DNA from: Candidatus Heimdallarchaeum endolithica
Lineage (GTDB): Archaea > Asgardarchaeota > Heimdallarchaeia > Heimdallarchaeales > Heimdallarchaeaceae
Assembly: GCA_021513715.1 (NCBI GenBank)
Contig: CP084167.1
Coordinates: forward strand, 2,240,001-2,304,000
DNA: 64,000 bases
Reading direction: 5' to 3'
Part shown: piece by piece, positions 60,551 to 64,000 of the stretch
How the letters are laid out: every line of letters begins with the position of its first letter
How positions within the stretch are numbered: the stretch's first letter is position 1
Notes under the pieces: model-generated
The model's input: only the letters and a program-made list of their open reading frames with translations
Database searches by the model: none
What the model was told of the DNA's origin: nothing
Program-made: the position numbers and the translations under genes

Positions 60551-63280
60551 TTATTCCTCTTTTTTTCTTAAAATATTCCTACACTTTCTAGTCAATTGGT
60601 CTAGTAGATTTATTGCTTCAATTGGCGTAATCTTGTTCACATTAATATTTGCAATGTCTTGGAGAAGTTTGTATTCTCTTTCTTGTAAAATACCTGATTT
60701 CTTAGTGAAAGTTTTTTTGTTTTCTATGGCAGATTGAAAAGCTGTTTCTCCTAACAGTGTAACTTGTACAGGAGTGAGTTTACCTTTCTTTACTCTTTCT
60801 TCTTGCTTTTCTTCTCTTTGTTCTTTGTTGTTCATTTGTGCATGAAGAACGTGTAAAACTTCATTTGCTCTTTCTATGACTCTCTGTGGAATACCAGCTA
60901 AAGAAGCTACATGTACCCCATAAGATTCATCTATTCCTCCTTCTTTTACCTTGTATAAGAAATGAACACTACCGTTCACGTTTTTTACTGCAACGTGGTA
61001 ATTCTTTACTCTCGGAAGAATATTTTCTAGTTCTATTAATTCATGATAATGTGTTGCCAATAATGTCCTTGGTCCTATCCTTCCAATATTGTTGTGTAGA
61101 TATTCAGCTATTGCCCAAGCTAAAGCTACTCCATCAAAAGTTGAAGTTCCTCTTCCTATTTCATCAAGTATTACTAGACTTCGTTCTGTTGCATTATTTA
61201 GGATATTGGCGCTTTCTATCATCTCTACCATAAATGTAGACCGATTTTCGATTAATACATCATGTGCTCCAATACGTGTGAAAATCCTATCCGTCAAACC
61301 TATACGGGACTTTGATGCAGGGACAAAACTACCTATATGAGCTAAAAGAACTATCAAAGCTGTTTGTCTGAGGAAAGTTGACTTTCCTGACATATTAGGT
61401 CCTGTTATAATTAGAAGTCTATTCTTTTTTTCTTCTATGATACAGTCATTAGGAATAAAGGTGGAATCTTTTAACAACTGCTCAACTACGGGGTGTCTTC
61501 CCTCCTTGATGTAGTAACTGTTTTCTTCTATTATTTCTGGCTTCGTATAATTGAAATTTACTGCATTCTGAGCAAAAGTGGATAAAACATCCAGTACAGC
61601 ACAATAATAAGCAGTCTCTTTTATTTGGTTGGTAAACTTTGAAATTTCATTTAATATCTCATTGTATAATCTCTCTTCTATCGCTATAATTTTCTCTTCT
61701 GCAGACAGTATTTTTATTTCATACTCTTTTAATTCTGGAGTGATGTATCGTTCTGCATTAGTCAAAGTTTGCTTTCGTTCATATTCTGCAGGTACTTGAT
61801 CAGAGTATGCTTTGCTTACCTCAATAAAGTAGCCAAATACTTTGTTGAACTTGACTTTTAATGTTTTAATGCCTGTACGTTGTTTTTCTCTCGCTTCAAG
61901 AGATTGTAAAAACTTTTTACTGTTTTTTCTAATATTTTTAAGTTCATCTAATTCCTTGTTATATCCCTCTTTTATTACTGTCCCGTCTCCTATTGATGCA
62001 CTTGCATTTTCAGAAATTGTCCTTTCAATGATATTTACTACCTCTTTTAGAGGATTAAGTTTTTCTCTTATTTCAATAAAATATGAGGATTGATACTTTG
62101 ACAAAAGTTTCTTTATTTCAGGTATAAGTTGTAACGTTTCTTTTAGAGCAAGAAGTTCTCGTGGTCTGGCTCTCCCTAACGCTACTCTACTTATGATTCT
62201 TTCAATATCACTCATATCTCCGAGTATTTCTCTAATATCTTCTCGTGTGATAATATCTTGAAATAATTCATCTACAGCATCTAATCTTTTCTCAATTATC
62301 GCTCTATCTAAACTCGGATGGAGTAACCATCTGGTAAGAAGCCTTGATCCAGGTCCAGTTTTTGTGTTATCCAGTATGTATCTTAATGTCCCAAATTCTG
62401 TTCTATCCCTTACATTACTTATTAGTTCTAGACTCATTATTGTTGTTGAGTCGAGAATCATAAACTCATCTGTTTTGATCTTAGAAATTTTTGTGATATT
62501 TGGAAAAGTCTCTCTAAATTGAGTTTCTCTAAGATAATTTATTATAGCTCCTGCAGCAGCAATATACACTCCATCTTCTTCTAATCCAAAACCATCCAGT
62601 GTAGCTAATTGAAAAAACTTGAGTAAATCTTGTCTTCCTTGTTCAACATCAAAATAATAACTTGGTTTAAATGTTAATACACACTGCTTTGTATTATATT
62701 GAAGATTTAATGTTTCCCAGAGTTCTTTTTCGATTATTATCTCAGCTGGAGATAAGCGTGTAAATTCTACATCTAAACTTGCTTCATCTGAAAAATCTGT
62801 AACATAGAAGTCCCCTGTAGACAAATCTAATGCAGCTAAACCATATTTATCATTTTCTTTTGATATTGCAATAAGAAAATTATTGCTTTTTTTGAGGGAC
62901 TCTGGAGCAAGAACTGTCCCTTTTGAGACTAATCTTACTACTCCTCTTTTGACTATTGTTTTTGCTTTACTTGGATCTTCAAGTTGTTCTACAATAGCAA
63001 CTTTGTATCCTTGCTCTACCATCCTAGCAAGGTAAGAGTCAACTGCGTGATAGGGTACACCTGCAAGAGGCCATTCTGTTTCTGCAGTTTTTCTAGATGT
63101 TAAAGTGATATTAAGGGCTTTAGATGTAATAATAGCATCTTCTTTAAATGTTTCATAAAAATCTCCCAAACGCCAAAATATTATATGTTCTGGGTATTGT
63201 TTTTTTACTTCTAACCACTGTTTTTGCATTGGGGTGAGTTTCTTTTTATGACTGTCATCAAATCTTTTCATCATACACAC
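60551..63280 (-). CDS. mutS: DNA mismatch repair protein MutS1
   Basis: GDFYE, TGPNMSGKST, STFMVEM, DEIGRGT, SYG. Confidence 0.97.
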   Translation of the reverse strand: MCMMKRFDDSHKKKLTPMQKQWLEVKKQYPEHIIFWRLGDFYETFKEDAIITSKALNITLTSRKTAETEWPLAGVPYHAVDSYLARMVEQGYKVAIVEQLEDPSKAKTIVKRGVVRLVSKGTVLAPESLKKSNNFLIAISKENDKYGLAALDLSTGDFYVTDFSDEASLDVEFTRLSPAEIIIEKELWETLNLQYNTKQCVLTFKPSYYFDVEQGRQDLLKFFQLATLDGFGLEEDGVYIAAAGAIINYLRETQFRETFPNITKISKIKTDEFMILDSTTIMSLELISNVRDRTEFGTLRYILDNTKTGPGSRLLTRWLLHPSLDRAIIEKRLDAVDELFQDIITREDIREILGDMSDIERIISRVALGRARPRELLALKETLQLIPEIKKLLSKYQSSYFIEIREKLNPLKEVVNIIERTISENASASIGDGTVIKEGYNKELDELKNIRKNSKKFLQSLEAREKQRTGIKTLKVKFNKVFGYFIEVSKAYSDQVPAEYERKQTLTNAERYITPELKEYEIKILSAEEKIIAIEERLYNEILNEISKFTNQIKETAYYCAVLDVLSTFAQNAVNFNYTKPEIIEENSYYIKEGRHPVVEQLLKDSTFIPNDCIIEEKKNRLLIITGPNMSGKSTFLRQTALIVLLAHIGSFVPASKSRIGLTDRIFTRIGAHDVLIENRSTFMVEMIESANILNNATERSLVILDEIGRGTSTFDGVALAWAIAEYLHNNIGRIGPRTLLATHYHELIELENILPRVKNYHVAVKNVNGSVHFLYKVKEGGIDESYGVHVASLAGIPQRVIERANEVLHVLHAQMNNKEQREEKQEERVKKGKLTPVQVTLLGETAFQSAIENKKTFTKKSGILQEREYKLLQDIANINVNKITPIEAINLLDQLTRKCRNILRKKEE

Positions 63281-63380
63281 TGTTTTAATTCATTTATTGT
63301 GTTGTTATTTGTTATAGTAAATATACCTGCAAGTAATGATTATTATTTTTACACTTTTAAATAATTATTGAAGTAAAAAA

Positions 63381-64000
63381 CTATTTTGTATCAAAGTGTT
63401 TTTCCTTTTTTTGAATGTAGTAGTCGTATACTTCTTTAGGTTGTTTTTTTGGGTCAGCAGCTCCCCAGGAGTATAATTCGTTATCGGGTATATTTTTATC
63501 CTCAAACCATGTTCCTTTTTCTAATTCGTCTTTAAGAGTTTTTATAATATTTATACTAGCGCTAGCACCAATCCTTGTTGCACCAGCATTTACTAGTAAA
63601 ACTGCTTTTTGAGCATCTCGTATTTCCCCAGCTGCTTTTATTCCAAGTTCATTTCCAACTGTCTGCTTCATCAAAGAAACATGATCATAATATGCACCCA
63701 TGGGCCCAAAACCAGTGCTTGTTTTTACGTAATGAGCTCCAGCTTGTTTAGATATATCACATGCTTTTACTATTTGTTCATCAGTAAGAAATCCTGTTTC
63801 CAGAATAACTTTCACTTTTGCTCCTCCTGCAGCAGAAACAACTTGTTGGATGTCATTTTTTATGAAATCATATTCTCCATCTCTAAAAAAGCCAACATTT
63901 AAAACCATATCTATTTCTTCTGCCCCTAATTCAATAGCTTTTTTAGTTTCAAAAGCTTTGGTTTCTGATGTACAAGCGCCTAATGGGAATCCAACTACCG
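63381..64000 (-). CDS. deoC: deoxyribose-phosphate aldolase (5' end beyond the window)
   Basis: VVGFPLG, GAEEIDMV, KVILETG, VKTSTGF, GATRIG. Confidence 0.93.
   Translation of the reverse strand, partial: VVGFPLGACTSETKAFETKKAIELGAEEIDMVLNVGFFRDGEYDFIKNDIQQVVSAAGGAKVKVILETGFLTDEQIVKACDISKQAGAHYVKTSTGFGPMGAYYDHVSLMKQTVGNELGIKAAGEIRDAQKAVLLVNAGATRIGASASINIIKTLKDELEKGTWFEDKNIPDNELYSWGAADPKKQPKEVYDYYIQKKEKHFDTK

Overview
AT-rich (~30% GC by eye) archaeal chromosome segment, most likely from an Asgard archaeon (Heimdallarchaeia-like). The evidence is an archaeal 16S rRNA plus eukaryote-signature genes: a gelsolin-domain protein, Rab-like GTPase, Urm1-like modifier, WD40 protein, PAC4-like chaperone and a long Trm112. 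Most of the window is housekeeping: a solo 16S, six tRNAs (two with introns), topA, rpoB, nusA, rps7, rpl10e, TFB, cdc6, rfcS, mutS/mutL, a Tad/pilus cluster and hydantoinase A/B. The left 5 kb looks like the edge of an integrated element (Cas4-like nuclease, ParA/MinD, tandem palindromic repeats). The main discovery is a family of inverted-repeat-bounded elements inserted at CATG. (1) 14060-15845 encodes a TnpB with a Fanzor-type rearranged RuvC site plus a structured omegaRNA-like 3' region, and splits a PAC4-like gene. (2) 27898-28081 is a nuclease-free homologue of that RNA and right end, with a compensatory base change. (3) 55246-55617 is a non-coding relative inside a class II glutamine amidotransferase gene whose adjacent 163 bp is precisely inverted between two CATG sites, which would swap the element's predicted guide. 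Two copies of a DDE IS and a decayed canonical TnpB remnant are also present. All calls are by eye; no searches were run.
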